DNA from: Chloroflexota bacterium
GTDB lineage: Bacteria; Chloroflexota; Dehalococcoidia; JABGRK01
Direction: 5' to 3'
DNA: 64,000 nt
Assembly (NCBI GenBank): GCA_018648325.1
Contig: JABGRK010000016.1
Coordinates: forward strand, 9,338-73,337
In this document: piece after piece, positions 53,863-64,000 of the stretch
Layout of the letters: each line of letters opens with the position of its first letter
Numbering within the stretch: the stretch's first letter is position 1
The notes under the pieces: generated by a model
The model's input: only the letters and a program-made list of their open reading frames with translations
The model's database searches: none
Told to the model about the DNA's origin: nothing
Position numbers and translations under genes: made by a program

Positions 53863-55461
53863 TTATAAAGTTTTACGTATTTTGCCTTTACGCACCAGCC
53901 AGTATTCCAGGCTGTCTACCAGCGATAACCAGCTTGCTTCTATGAGGTTGGTCGAGCTTCCCACTGTACGCCAGAAATGCTCGCCGTCTGTTGATTCTAT
54001 AAGCACTCTGACCGGCGCACCCGTACCTTCGCTCTCCTCCAGTATGCGTACTTTGTAGTCTATCAGCTTAACATCGGCTACTTTGGGGTAGAACGTTTTT
54101 AGCGCTTTGCGCAGTGCAGCATCCAGTGCATCTACGGGGCCGTCACCCTCGGCGGCGGTATGTATAGACTCATTGCCTACACTTACCTTGACCATGGCCT
54201 CCGACAACATTCTGCCACCGTTGCCCGCGGCAGGTGGCCGGCGCTGGCTTTCCACCACCACTAGAAAATCGACCAGTTCAAATGGCGCTTTATACCCTTC
54301 CTGCGATCGGCGCAGCAGCATCTCAAATGATGCTTCGGCTACGTCATACTGGAAACCGGCATTTTCCAGACGCTTTATCTCATCCAGAACGCCTTTGGCA
54401 TAATCGTTTTCTTTACTAAGATCAAAGCCAAGGTTTTTGGCTTTGTAGACTATATTGCTTTTACCTGCCAGCTCAGACACAAGCACCCTGCTTGCATTGC
54501 CCACTTGCGATGGATCCATATGCTGGTAGCTTGCATCATTGCGCATTATACCCGATACATGCAGCCCCGCTTTGTGTGCAAACGCGCTTGCCCCCACGTA
54601 TGGCTGGTACTGGTTGGGTATAAGGTTGGCTATTTCGGATACGTAGTGCGAGATGTCGCTCAGCCTTGCAAGTTGTTTGGTGCTTATACTGCTCATTCCC
54701 ATCTTCAGCTTGAGTGCCGGTATTATGGAGCACAGGTTGGCGTTGCCGCAGCGCTCGCCGTAGCCGTTTATCGTTCCCTGTACTTGCACAGCGCCTGCAG
54801 AAACTGCCGCCAGTGAGTTGGCCACTGCCAGTTCGCCATCATTGTGGGCATGTATGCCCAGCGGTACATCGAATGTCTGGCATGCCGCGGTTGCCGCCGC
54901 TATTTCCTGCGGTAGCGAGCCACCGTTGGTGTCACACAGTACCACACAGTCGGCACCTGCCTCGGCAGCCATGTGAACGCATTTAAGGGAGTATTCTGCG
55001 TTCATCTTGTATCCATCAAAGAAGTGTTCGGCGTCGAAAAAGACGGTATAGTCTTTAGACTTCAAATATTTTATGGAATCCCATATCATACGCAGGTTTT
55101 GTTCAAGCGTGGTTTCCAGCACTTGTGTTGCGTGCAGTTCTGACGTCTTGCCTACCAGACAGACGGTACTGGTTCCGGCATCCAGCATAGCCTTGATGTT
55201 AGGGTCATTTTCCGCATTGTTTTTGGCATGACGCGTGCTGCCGAATGCTACTATCTGCGCATGCGACAGTGACAGCTCTTTGGCCGTTTTGAAGAAATCT
55301 ATATCTTTGGGATTGGAGCCGGGCCATCCACCCTCTATATAGTGGATGCCGAGCTTATCCATTTTCCGTGCTATTTTAAGTTTATCTTCTACGGAAAAGG
55401 ATATGCCTTCGCTCTGGGCACCATCCCGCAGTGTTGTGTCGTAAAGTTGTATTTTTTGCAC
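53863..55461 (-). CDS. cimA: (R)-citramalate synthase (CimA-type member of the LeuA family)
   Basis: YDTTLRDGAQSEGISFS, IEGGWPGSNPKD and HAHNDGE. The 532-aa long form with a C-terminal regulatory domain resembles the Geobacter/methanogen CimA type. Confidence 0.8.
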   Translation of the reverse strand: MQKIQLYDTTLRDGAQSEGISFSVEDKLKIARKMDKLGIHYIEGGWPGSNPKDIDFFKTAKELSLSHAQIVAFGSTRHAKNNAENDPNIKAMLDAGTSTVCLVGKTSELHATQVLETTLEQNLRMIWDSIKYLKSKDYTVFFDAEHFFDGYKMNAEYSLKCVHMAAEAGADCVVLCDTNGGSLPQEIAAATAACQTFDVPLGIHAHNDGELAVANSLAAVSAGAVQVQGTINGYGERCGNANLCSIIPALKLKMGMSSISTKQLARLSDISHYVSEIANLIPNQYQPYVGASAFAHKAGLHVSGIMRNDASYQHMDPSQVGNASRVLVSELAGKSNIVYKAKNLGFDLSKENDYAKGVLDEIKRLENAGFQYDVAEASFEMLLRRSQEGYKAPFELVDFLVVVESQRRPPAAGNGGRMLSEAMVKVSVGNESIHTAAEGDGPVDALDAALRKALKTFYPKVADVKLIDYKVRILEESEGTGAPVRVLIESTDGEHFWRTVGSSTNLIEASWLSLVDSLEYWLVRKGKIRKTL

Positions 55462-55485
55462 TGCTTTTTCAATCCTTTTTATAGG

Positions 55486-56574
55486 TTAGACTCGCTCCGC
55501 GATAAGTGCGCCCATCTGTTTGGTACCTACCTTGGTGCAGCTTTCCTGCATTATATCATACGTGCGGTATTTTTCTTCTAGCGCCTTGTCTACTGCACTT
55601 TCTACAGCCACTGCTTCCTTGTTAAGTCCCAGCGAGTAGCACAGCATCATGGCCACACTCAAGATGGTGGCGATGGGATTGGCCATATCCAGTCCGGCAC
55701 GTCTTGGTGCGCTGCCGTGAATCGGCTCGTACAAACCTAACGAGTGCGAATCAGCAGTTGGTACTCCGGCAAGGCTTGCAGAGGGCAGCATTCCCATTGA
55801 TCCGGCCAGCATTGATGCCTCGTCGGTCAGTATATCGCCGAAGGTGTTTTCTGTCACCATCACGTCCAGATATCGTGGGTTTTGTATCAGGCGCATGGCG
55901 CAGGCGTCCACCAGCATATGTTCCAGATCTACGTCCGGATAGTTTGCCGATACCTCGATCACAACCTGTCGCCATAGCCGCGATGACTCCAGCACGTTGG
56001 CCTTATCCACGGAAATTAGCTTTTTCTTTCTACTGCGTGCCAGCTCGAATCCGACCTTGGCTATTCTCTCGACTTCATGCTCATTGTAAGCCATGGTATC
56101 TACGGCCCGGCGTCCCTTTGTTGTGGTCCACTGCCGCTTCGGTTTGCCGAAGTATAGCCCTCCGGTAAGCTCTCTTACGCAGATAAAGTCTATTCCGTCA
56201 ACTACCTCCGGTTTCAGGTTGGTAGAATCCCTCAGGAAAGGGAACAGTTTCACTGGACGTAAATTTGCAAAAAGACCCAAGGCCTTGCGCAGTGCTAAAA
56301 GCCCGTCTTCCGGTCTAACGCTGGCATTGGGGTCGTCCCACTTTGGTCCGCCAACCGCACCCAGCAGTATGGCATCGCTCTTTTTGCAAATTTTGAGCAC
56401 GTCTTTTGACAGGGCCGTGCCATGATTATCTATGGATATGCCGCCGATATCGCCGTAATCCAGCTTGAAATCATGTCCGTACTTGGCACCCACACTCTTT
56501 AAAACGTTGACTGCCTCACCTGCGACTTCAGGCCCCACGCCGTCGCCGGGAAGCACTGCTATACTGAATTTCAT
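55486..56574 (-). CDS. leuB: 3-isopropylmalate dehydrogenase
   Basis: MKFSIAVLPGDGVGPEV start and the NLFGDILSD-like TFGDILTDE. Internal ATG 56574 chosen, 5 nt after the leuD stop. Confidence 0.95.
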   Translation of the reverse strand: MKFSIAVLPGDGVGPEVAGEAVNVLKSVGAKYGHDFKLDYGDIGGISIDNHGTALSKDVLKICKKSDAILLGAVGGPKWDDPNASVRPEDGLLALRKALGLFANLRPVKLFPFLRDSTNLKPEVVDGIDFICVRELTGGLYFGKPKRQWTTTKGRRAVDTMAYNEHEVERIAKVGFELARSRKKKLISVDKANVLESSRLWRQVVIEVSANYPDVDLEHMLVDACAMRLIQNPRYLDVMVTENTFGDILTDEASMLAGSMGMLPSASLAGVPTADSHSLGLYEPIHGSAPRRAGLDMANPIATILSVAMMLCYSLGLNKEAVAVESAVDKALEEKYRTYDIMQESCTKVGTKQMGALIAERV

Positions 56575-56578
56575 TCTA

Positions 56579-57079
56579 TTACCCCTTCGCCGATATCTTA
56601 CGTTTCGTATACTCAACCAGCCCGCCTGCCTCAATAAGTTCCAGCATGAATTCCGGGTAGGCTTTAGCTGTAAATGTCTGATTTTTGGTAGTATTGACTA
56701 TTTTGCCGGATTCAAGCTCAACCTCCAGCACATCACCCGCATCGGTGTCATCAACCGCTTCTGCGCTTTCCAGCAGCGGCAGACCGATGTTGATGGCGTT
56801 ACGCATAAAGATACGCGCGAAGCTTTTGGCAACAACGCAACTTACACCAACCGTTTTAATGGCCAGTGGCGCATGTTCACGGGAAGAGCCGCAGCCAAAA
56901 TTGGTTGTAGCCACAATTATATCGTCTTTGCTCACTTTGGATACAAACTCGGTGTCGATATCTTCCATACAGTGCTTGGCCAGCTCATCCGGATCTGATA
57001 CGTTTAGATACCGTGCAGGGATGATAGCGTCGGTATCCACGTTTGCTCCGTATTTAAAAACCTTGCCACTGAGTTTCAT
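56579..57079 (-). CDS. leuD: 3-isopropylmalate dehydratase small subunit
   Basis: GCGSSREHA motif, 166 aa short form. Confidence 0.9.
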   Translation of the reverse strand: MKLSGKVFKYGANVDTDAIIPARYLNVSDPDELAKHCMEDIDTEFVSKVSKDDIIVATTNFGCGSSREHAPLAIKTVGVSCVVAKSFARIFMRNAINIGLPLLESAEAVDDTDAGDVLEVELESGKIVNTTKNQTFTAKAYPEFMLELIEAGGLVEYTKRKISAKG

Positions 57080-57100
57080 AATGACTCCTTGTTATGCTTG

Positions 57101-58357
57101 TTATTCCTTGATATCTTCCGGATTGGCTATCCTGCCCAAGATGGCGCTAGCTGCAGCAACTGCTGGATTTGACAGGTAAACCTCTGACTTGGTGCTGCCC
57201 ATGCGCCCCACAAAGTTGCGATTGGTGGTGGAGATGCATTTTTCGCCTTCGGCAAGTATACCCATATATCCACCCAGGCATGGCCCGCAGGTCGGCGTGC
57301 TTACCACGGCTCCGGCCCTGATGAACGTCTCGATATAGCCAGCGCGCAGGGCCTCTAAGTAGACATCTTGCGTACCGGGTATAATAATACATCGCACGTC
57401 TTTATGTACTCGCTGCCACTGCAATATGTCGGCGGCTATTTTAAGGTCCTGTATGCGTCCGTTTGTGCAACTGCCAATTACCGATTGGTCGATTTTTATA
57501 TCTCCCACCTTGCTTATTGGCTTGGTATTTGACGGAAGGTGAGGGAAAGCCACCTGTGGCTCTATCTTGGATGCGTCATACTCAATAACCTGCGCATACT
57601 CGGCATCCTTATCTGCTTCATATACCGTATATGGGCGCTTGGCGCGGTTTTGCAGATACGCCTCGGTTTTATTATCCACTCTAAACAGCCCTGCCTTGGC
57701 GCCTGCCTCGATGGCCATGTTGGACATGGTGAAACGTCCATCCATGGAAAGCTTATCGATTGCCGGGCCAGTAAACTCCATTGCCGAATACAGCGCTCCG
57801 TCAACGCCAATATCACCTATGGTGTGCAGGATGAAATCCTTGCCCGTTACCCATTTGGGTGCCTTGCCGTGGTAAACGAACTTGATTGTCGGTGGCACCT
57901 TCATCCATATCTCACCGGTTGCCATTGCCGAAGCGATATCGGTTGAGCCCATGCCAGTGGCAAATGCACCCACGGCGCCGTATGTGCAGGTATGCGAGTC
58001 TGCTCCTACTATCACATCTCCCGGTACGACCAGACCTTGTTCGGGAAGCAGCACGTGCTCAATGCCCATCTGGCCCACTTCGAAGAAGATGCTACCCTGC
58101 TCGCGGGAAAACTCCCGAAGGATCTTGGCCTGTTCAGCGGAGTGGATATCTTTATTAGGTACGAAGTGATCCGCCACCATTATTACCTTTGCCGGGTCAA
58201 AAACCTTTTTTACCCCGATCTTCTTAAATTCCCTGATGGCAATAGGAGCGGTGATATCGTTTGACAGAACTACGTCCACCTTGGCGGATATGAACTGTCC
58301 GGGACTCACCCTATCTTTTCCGCAGTGTGCTGCCAGTATTTTTTCTGCCAGTGTCAT
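57101..58357 (-). CDS. leuC: 3-isopropylmalate dehydratase large subunit
   Basis: Aconitase-family Cys ligands (GSCTNGR, CGPCLG), 418 aa. Confidence 0.95.
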   Translation of the reverse strand: MTLAEKILAAHCGKDRVSPGQFISAKVDVVLSNDITAPIAIREFKKIGVKKVFDPAKVIMVADHFVPNKDIHSAEQAKILREFSREQGSIFFEVGQMGIEHVLLPEQGLVVPGDVIVGADSHTCTYGAVGAFATGMGSTDIASAMATGEIWMKVPPTIKFVYHGKAPKWVTGKDFILHTIGDIGVDGALYSAMEFTGPAIDKLSMDGRFTMSNMAIEAGAKAGLFRVDNKTEAYLQNRAKRPYTVYEADKDAEYAQVIEYDASKIEPQVAFPHLPSNTKPISKVGDIKIDQSVIGSCTNGRIQDLKIAADILQWQRVHKDVRCIIIPGTQDVYLEALRAGYIETFIRAGAVVSTPTCGPCLGGYMGILAEGEKCISTTNRNFVGRMGSTKSEVYLSNPAVAAASAILGRIANPEDIKE

Positions 58358-58376
58358 GTTTTTGCTCCTTAGTAAG

Positions 58377-59300
58377 TTATGATGCGTTATATACCGCTAC
58401 CTGTAAAGCCTGTGGCAGAACGATAAATTTTGCCGGGCTTGTGCCCAGAAGCTCGCCGTCTGCTTCTATATATAATTGTTCTTTGCTGCTAACCTCAATA
58501 GTTTTGACTTTATGCATATCTACCTTGGGGTGATTTTTGAGCGTTCCTTTATAAGCCATCGCCAGTCCTTTTATAAACCCTATGGCGTTTATATCGCCCA
58601 GTACCACAGCGTCCAGCACACCGTCAGCCAGATCGGCCCAGGGCGACAGGCGCATCCCGCCGGCAAAACTTGCGCCGTTATTTATAATAACACCTAAGGC
58701 ACGTTTGTTTGAAGCCTTACCGTCAATTGATATGGTCATGTTTTTGGCTTTGTATCTGAGAGATGTATAAATACCGCTTATCCAGTAGGGAATGGAGCTC
58801 ACTACCCGGAATCGATCTTTGGTTGCCTTGAGCACTGCTGCGTCAAATCCAACACCTGCCATGTTGATGAATATACGCTGTTTGCGTTTGCCGTCTTTTG
58901 TACATTCTACTCTTCCCACGTCGATTGTTTTTTTTGCCGCCATCGCCAGTTGCCCGGTCGTTTTACGATAAGCTCCCAATATACCGATGGACCTAGCGAA
59001 ATCATTGCCTGTCCCCGCACTGATTACTCCTAAAGTCGTCTTGCTTTTACCCGATGAATCGATTAGACCGTTTACCACCTCATGCACTGTGCCGTCGCCG
59101 CCCACTGACATTACCAGTTCATATCCATTAGCTGCTGCCTGTCTGGCAATTTGTGTTGCATGACCAGGCATTTCAGTAAAATCGCAGTCGAATTTCAGTC
59201 CGGATTTGGTCAAAAGACGCTCGATACGTGGCCATTTAAGACGGGTTATACCGCCGGACGACATAGGATTAACGATAACTTTTGCATGGTGGTTGAGCAT
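58377..59300 (-). CDS. diacylglycerol-kinase-family lipid kinase (YegS/BmrU-like)
   Basis: [17 protein letters not shown] and GTGNDFAR motifs. Confidence 0.85.
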   Translation of the reverse strand: MLNHHAKVIVNPMSSGGITRLKWPRIERLLTKSGLKFDCDFTEMPGHATQIARQAAANGYELVMSVGGDGTVHEVVNGLIDSSGKSKTTLGVISAGTGNDFARSIGILGAYRKTTGQLAMAAKKTIDVGRVECTKDGKRKQRIFINMAGVGFDAAVLKATKDRFRVVSSIPYWISGIYTSLRYKAKNMTISIDGKASNKRALGVIINNGASFAGGMRLSPWADLADGVLDAVVLGDINAIGFIKGLAMAYKGTLKNHPKVDMHKVKTIEVSSKEQLYIEADGELLGTSPAKFIVLPQALQVAVYNAS

Positions 59301-59338
59301 TTATCTCGCATCCCTAAATTTAAACTCAAAGGTGTAGT

Positions 59339-60391
59339 TTAACCCAAGTCCAGGGACTGTTCAATAGCTTCCAGCTTGGAAGGAAGTTTGATTGGGGGCT
59401 TGGCCGCTTTTAAAGCTATGTCAGGGTCTTTAAGGCCGTTGCCCGTAATGATGCATACCGCCGTTTTGCCTGCAAGGTTAAGCCCGCCATTTACGCTTTT
59501 AATCAATCCGGCCAGGGAAGCTGCTGAGGCAGGTTCCCCGAAGATGCCCTCCTTGGTGGCAAGCATATTATATGCACTTAGTATTTCGTTATCGGTTACG
59601 CTGTCTATCACACCGCCCGACTCGTCTCTGGCAATTATTGCCTTTTCCCAGCTTGCGGGATTACCGATGCGTATGGCTGTTGCTATTGTTTCTGGATTCT
59701 CTACTATATGATCTTTGACAATGGGTGCTGCACCTTCGGCTTGAAAACCCATCATCACAGGGCGTTTGCTAGCTTTTCCGGCGTTGTTATATTCTACGTA
59801 CCCCTTCCAGTAGGAGGTTATGTTGCCGGCGTTGCCCACGGGTATGAAATGATAGTCTGGGACATCGCCCAGAGCATCGACTATTTCGAATGCGCCGGTT
59901 TTCTGGCCTTCAATGCGGTTGGGATTAACGGAGTTGACCATTGCAATGGGGTGTTTTTCGGCCATCTGTCGAACCAGCGATAACGCCTGATCGAAGTTTC
60001 CGTCTATGGCTATAACCCTGGCTCCATAGGCCACCGCCTGTGCCAGCTTGCCCATAGCGATGTTGCCGTGGGGAACGATAACACAGGTCATCAGTCCCCA
60101 GTATGCGCCATATGCCGCCGCTGAAGCGCTGGTGTTACCCGTAGAGGCGCACATTATGGCTTTACTGCCTTCTTCAACCGCCTTGGCAACTGCCATAACC
60201 ATGCCCCTGTCTTTAAACGAACCGGTGGGATTACATCCCTCCAGCTTGAAGTAGAGAGCGCCAACGCCAAACTCTTTTTCCAGGACGCGTGACCTGACCA
60301 GGGGCGTGTCGCATTCTCCCAGGGTGTATATTGGGGTATTATCGGTCAGCGGTAAAAAATCGCTGTATTTTTGTAATATGCTAGGCTTCAA
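59339..60391 (-). CDS. thrC: threonine synthase
   Basis: PLP-lysine motif NPTGSFKDRG, 350 aa. Confidence 0.95.
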   Translation of the reverse strand: MKPSILQKYSDFLPLTDNTPIYTLGECDTPLVRSRVLEKEFGVGALYFKLEGCNPTGSFKDRGMVMAVAKAVEEGSKAIMCASTGNTSASAAAYGAYWGLMTCVIVPHGNIAMGKLAQAVAYGARVIAIDGNFDQALSLVRQMAEKHPIAMVNSVNPNRIEGQKTGAFEIVDALGDVPDYHFIPVGNAGNITSYWKGYVEYNNAGKASKRPVMMGFQAEGAAPIVKDHIVENPETIATAIRIGNPASWEKAIIARDESGGVIDSVTDNEILSAYNMLATKEGIFGEPASAASLAGLIKSVNGGLNLAGKTAVCIITGNGLKDPDIALKAAKPPIKLPSKLEAIEQSLDLG

Positions 60392-61673
60392 CCCTGATGA
60401 AATTGCTAACCTCCCTTACGGCGGATAGGCTTTCCAGTTTGGCAAGCGCCGACTGCATTGCTGATTCACGTGCAAAGTGAGTCATAAGCACCAGCTCCGC
60501 ACTCTGCGTTTTTTCGTCTACTGCTTTTTGTATTGCAGAAGCTATGCTTATTTGCTCGTCGCCAAGTGTTTTGGCTATTTGTGCCAGAACACCGGGGGTG
60601 TCGGCAACGTTTATTCTTATGTAGTAGCGCGTGTTTATATCTGCCATTGGTTTTATTTGCTTGGCAGTGTTAAGTTTGAACTTCGGTCTTCTGGAATATC
60701 CTAGGAGTATATCCTGCGCTATATTTATAACGTCGGTGACGATGGCGCTGCTGGTTGGCTGAGGACCGGCACCTTGTCCGTAGAATATCACCCTTCCCAC
60801 CAGATCGCCCTCTACCTGCACTGCGTTGAACACGCCGTTTACCTGAGCCATGAGCAGGTCTTCAGGCACGAAAGTGGGATGAACCCTTAGCTCAATGGCA
60901 CCGTTTTCTTTCTTGGCAATGGCCATAAGCTTTATAGCGTAGCCTAGTTCCTTGGCGTACTCAAAATCACGCTTGGCCACTTTGGATATGCCCTCAAGGT
61001 AGACGTCGTCCGGCGTTACCGTGGTCCTGAACGCTAGTGTTGCCAGAATTGCCACTTTATACATTGCATCGACGCCTTCGATGTCGTTGGTGGGATCGGC
61101 CTCGGCGTAGCCTAATGCCTGCGCTCGCTTTACAGCCTCATTAAACTCTATGCCTTCTTTTGCCATGTTAGAAAGAATGTAGTTCGTCGTCCCATTTATA
61201 ATCGCCTGAATCGATGTGATGTTGCTCGCCAGCAAATCCTGCTTGAACGAATTGGTTAGCGGTATGCCGCCGCCCACGCTAGCCTCGTATAGAATGTCGA
61301 CTTTGTTTGCATCGGCCAGTGCAAACAACTCGGGGCCGTGTTTGGATATCAATTCCTTATTGGCAGTGACCACGTGTTTCCCACTCGCCAGCGCTTTTTT
61401 TACAAAATCAAGCGCCGGTCTTTCCCCACCGATAAGCTCAATGACGATGTCTATATCGGCATCGCTCAGAATATCATCAGCGTTTGTGGTAAGCAGGTTG
61501 GGGTTAATATCCACATCGTGCTTTTTGTTTAAGTCTTTTTCCGCCACCTTCTTAAGGACGATGGGGCATCCGGCCTGTTCCGATACGCGTTTATTTCGCT
61601 CGATGAGGACTTTGGCAACACCGGTGCCGATTACTCCCAAACCAATGAGGCCAATATTTACACTTTTTTTCAC
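60381..61673 (-). CDS. hom: homoserine dehydrogenase
   Basis: NAD-binding GLGVIGTGV, catalytic domain and C-terminal ACT domain. Overlaps thrC by 11 nt. Confidence 0.95.
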   Translation of the reverse strand: MKKSVNIGLIGLGVIGTGVAKVLIERNKRVSEQAGCPIVLKKVAEKDLNKKHDVDINPNLLTTNADDILSDADIDIVIELIGGERPALDFVKKALASGKHVVTANKELISKHGPELFALADANKVDILYEASVGGGIPLTNSFKQDLLASNITSIQAIINGTTNYILSNMAKEGIEFNEAVKRAQALGYAEADPTNDIEGVDAMYKVAILATLAFRTTVTPDDVYLEGISKVAKRDFEYAKELGYAIKLMAIAKKENGAIELRVHPTFVPEDLLMAQVNGVFNAVQVEGDLVGRVIFYGQGAGPQPTSSAIVTDVINIAQDILLGYSRRPKFKLNTAKQIKPMADINTRYYIRINVADTPGVLAQIAKTLGDEQISIASAIQKAVDEKTQSAELVLMTHFARESAMQSALAKLESLSAVREVSNFIRVEA

Positions 61674-61796
61674 TGTTTTACCCTCTTACTAAAATTTGAT
61701 AGGGCAGTTATATTCTACTGGACATAAAGAGAGGCAACAAGCCTGCAACTGTTACCTCAAACAAAACTAACTTATAAATTTATATATTCTTAAAGG

Positions 61797-62087
61797 TCAG
61801 TTTTGCTGGTTCCAACCTGTTGCTCTAATATGAGCGGGCGTGTATGGAAGCAGCGCCAGATGTCTTGCCCTTTTAAGGGCCATTGTCAGGCGACGCTGAT
61901 GTTTGGCGCAGGTGCCTGTCTTGCGGCGTGGCTCTATCTTGCCCTGATCCGAGATGAATCGTCTTAGCACGTTAATGTTTTTGTAATTTATGTCCAAGCT
62001 TTTATCTACACAGAAAGTACATTTTCTGCGCCTGGGCACATACCTTTTTTTATCTCTTCTTCTGTTTGAACTTTGGAATCTTGGCAT
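61797..62087 (-). CDS. rpsR: 30S ribosomal protein S18
   Basis: [31 protein letters not shown] pattern. Confidence 0.95.
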   Translation of the reverse strand: MPRFQSSNRRRDKKRYVPRRRKCTFCVDKSLDINYKNINVLRRFISDQGKIEPRRKTGTCAKHQRRLTMALKRARHLALLPYTPAHIRATGWNQQN

Positions 62088-62157
62088 TTTCTCCCTATCT
62101 ACCTTAAATTAGTGTTATTTAAGACGTATAAAATACAATTTTTAAATGAACTTTGAT

Positions 62158-62556
62158 CTAGAAAGGAATCTCTTCCGGCTCGACGTCGTGATGGTTCTCA
62201 TCACCAACCGCAGCTCCCTGCCTGTCCAGGAAAAGAACCCTGTTTGCTATTATTTCAATGCGGGACCGCTTTTGTCCGTCCTGTCCCTCCCAGGTGCGTG
62301 TCCTGAGGCGTCCTTCAACGTAAGCCCGTTTGCCTTTAGTAAGAAACTGGTTACATGTTTCAGCCAGCCTGTTCCATGTAACAACATCAAACCACTCTGT
62401 TTCCTGCTTGCGCTCTCCATCAGGAGCAGTGTAGTTTCTGCTAGTGGCCATTCTGAACGATGTTACCGGGTTTCCGTTGGGTGTGAAACGCATTTCCGGG
62501 TCAGTGCCGAGATTACCGATGATCATTACTTTGTTTAGCCCCGCCATTATCAACAC
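62158..62556 (-). CDS. ssb: single-stranded DNA-binding protein
   Basis: NKVMIIGNLGTDPEMRFT OB fold and acidic tail ending EEIPF. Confidence 0.95.
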   Translation of the reverse strand: MLIMAGLNKVMIIGNLGTDPEMRFTPNGNPVTSFRMATSRNYTAPDGERKQETEWFDVVTWNRLAETCNQFLTKGKRAYVEGRLRTRTWEGQDGQKRSRIEIIANRVLFLDRQGAAVGDENHHDVEPEEIPF

Positions 62557-62593
62557 TCCTTATATCAAAACTCGTTTTGACGAATAGGGTCTT

Positions 62594-62887
62594 TTATGAG
62601 CCTGGTCTGATAAGCAGGTGACGAAGTATGTCTTCATTGAGCTTTAAACTGGCTTCCAGTTCATGGGTTAAGTTGGGGTCCAGTTTGAAATGAGTGAGAA
62701 CGTATTCTCCCTCAATAAAATGTTTTATGGGATAGGCAAGCCTGCGCTTTCCCCATCGGTTTATCTCGTCAATGGAACCGCCCTTATTGGTTATGAGTTT
62801 TACTACTTTATCCACGGTTGGGTGTGATTCTTCCTCAGCCGTCTCAATCTCCGGGCTGATGACCAACACCATTTCATAGTCCTGCAA
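62594..62887 (-). CDS. rpsF: 30S ribosomal protein S6
   Basis: (M)QDYEMVLVISP.. and WGKRRLAYPI motifs. TTG start with AAGGAGG RBS. Confidence 0.95.
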   Translation of the reverse strand: MQDYEMVLVISPEIETAEEESHPTVDKVVKLITNKGGSIDEINRWGKRRLAYPIKHFIEGEYVLTHFKLDPNLTHELEASLKLNEDILRHLLIRPGS

Positions 62888-62952
62888 CTAAAGCCTCCTT
62901 GTAAACTTGCCATGTGTTCAGTGTGAAATACTATGATTTATCTAATCTACCC

Positions 62953-62990
62953 ATTATACCACGGTACTATGACTACAACAAGGGTTGTTG
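62953..62990 (-). promoter_or_regulatory. candidate extended -10 promoter of rpsF-ssb-rpsR
   Basis: Minus strand reads TGgTATAAT (62953..62961). A weak -35 TTGTTG lies 17 nt upstream, inside the glyA 3' end. Confidence 0.4.
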
Positions 62991-64000
62991 ATTGTTATAG
63001 CGGGTAATTCCGGGCACTGGAAATCTGCCCGTTATATCGCAAACTTGTTGTTTTACCTCGTCGTATATCTTGCTATCGCCAACGTTGGTTAGCACTCTGA
63101 CGATGAGCGTAGCAATTTGCTTCATTTCCTGGCTACCAAAACCCCTTGAGGTTACGGCGGGGGTTCCCAGCCTGATACCGCTGGTTATAGTTGGTGGCTG
63201 CGGATCGAACGGTATGGCGTTTTTGTTGGTGGTGATACCCACCTTATCCAATGCTTTTTCTGCCGCATCGCCGGTTACTCCTGATTTGGTAAGATCGACA
63301 AGCATCATATGATTATCTGTGCCGCCCGAAACTATGCGCAGTCCTTCTTTCTGGAGGCTGTCTGCTAAGGTCACGGCGTTTTTAAGTACTTTGCTCTGAT
63401 AGTCAATGAAATCCGGTTTCATCGCCTCACCATAGGCAACCGCTCTGGCTGCAATGGCATGCATCAAAGGTCCACCCTGAATACCGGGGAAAACTGCCTT
63501 ATCTATTGCCGATGCGTAATTAGATTTACATAGTATAAATCCACTACGAGGTCCTCGCAGCGTTTTATGGGTAGTGGATGTTACTACGGCTGCATGTGGC
63601 ACCGGACTTGGGTGTAGTCCGGCGGCAACTATTCCCGCTATATGGGCCATGTCCACCATCAGCATGGCTCCTACCGACTCCGCTATTTTGGCAAAACGCT
63701 GGAAATCTATGATTCTGCTGTAAGCTGTGGCACCGGCCAGTATTACTTTTGGTTTGTTGGCTTTTGCTATGCGCTCAATTTCATCATAGTCAAGCTGTTC
63801 ACTGTCGCGGTTTACGCTATAGGGGATGAAATTGTAGAGTTGTCCAGAGAAATTTACAGGGCTGCCATGGGTCAGGTGTCCCCCTTGAGCCAGTGACATA
63901 CCCATAATTTTGTCACCGGGCTTGCATAGGGCGAAGAATGCTGACATGTTGGCCTGGGCGCCGCTATGTGGTTGCACGTTGGCGTGATCGGCCTTAAATA
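62973..64000 (-). CDS. glyA: serine hydroxymethyltransferase (partial, N-terminus beyond window)
   Basis: PLP-lysine motif [10 protein letters not shown]. The frame stays open to the window edge. Confidence 0.95.
   Translation of the reverse strand, partial: FKADHANVQPHSGAQANMSAFFALCKPGDKIMGMSLAQGGHLTHGSPVNFSGQLYNFIPYSVNRDSEQLDYDEIERIAKANKPKVILAGATAYSRIIDFQRFAKIAESVGAMLMVDMAHIAGIVAAGLHPSPVPHAAVVTSTTHKTLRGPRSGFILCKSNYASAIDKAVFPGIQGGPLMHAIAARAVAYGEAMKPDFIDYQSKVLKNAVTLADSLQKEGLRIVSGGTDNHMMLVDLTKSGVTGDAAEKALDKVGITTNKNAIPFDPQPPTITSGIRLGTPAVTSRGFGSQEMKQIATLIVRVLTNVGDSKIYDEVKQQVCDITGRFPVPGITRYNNQQPLL

Noticed and set aside
1-64000. CRISPR arrays, rRNA genes, transposases or IS elements, and prophage structural genes.
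   Set aside because: No regularly spaced short direct repeats, rRNA-like conserved blocks, or DDE, tyrosine or serine recombinase motifs were seen in any frame.

Overview
A compact bacterial chromosomal segment with short or overlapping intergenic spacers. Gene content and order suggest a Chloroflexota/Dehalococcoidia-like genome, but that is a low-confidence guess. The right half (about 32.9-64 kb) is core metabolism and information processing. It holds larB, coaX-coaBC, purF-purM-purH and recO / recR-ybaB-dnaX / ybeY. An ilvD-ilvB-ilvN-ilvC-leuA-folE block runs head-on into cimA-leuB-leuD-leuC, followed by a lipid kinase, thrC-hom, rpsF-ssb-rpsR and a partial glyA. The left half mixes redox and regulatory modules: a Crp/Fnr regulator with an Fe-S protein, and ccdA with a thioredoxin-like gene. 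It also has a TetR-controlled ABC-2 exporter operon, a frameshifted AraC/GyrI regulator and a tRNA Gln-Leu-Phe cluster. An accessory-looking stretch (about 20.9-32.7 kb) ends at a tRNA(CAU). The most notable observations are these. (1) A TlpA/ResA-like thiol:disulfide oxidoreductase has an in-frame TGA exactly at the first Cys of its CxxC motif, followed by a hairpin, so it is a candidate UxxC selenoprotein downstream of ccdA. (2) A family of structured GC-rich repeats (U1) and TACGTACGTA-containing repeats (U2) brackets a class I aldolase gene, and one stem shows a compensatory base-pair change. (3) A Crp/Fnr gene is followed by a class-II-positioned FNR-like box, a zinc-ribbon gene and a 4Fe-4S protein with a His-rich tract and a 3 x 57-bp CGCP repeat. 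(4) An AT-richer block carries paralogous zinc-ribbon membrane proteins and lipoproteins. (5) A single polypeptide fuses GIDE and LemA domains. (6) A 54-codon RHH-like ORF, missing from the ORF track, overlaps the start of a DUF1989 gene. No CRISPR array, transposase, integrase or rRNA was seen. All family assignments come from motif recognition by eye; no database search was run.
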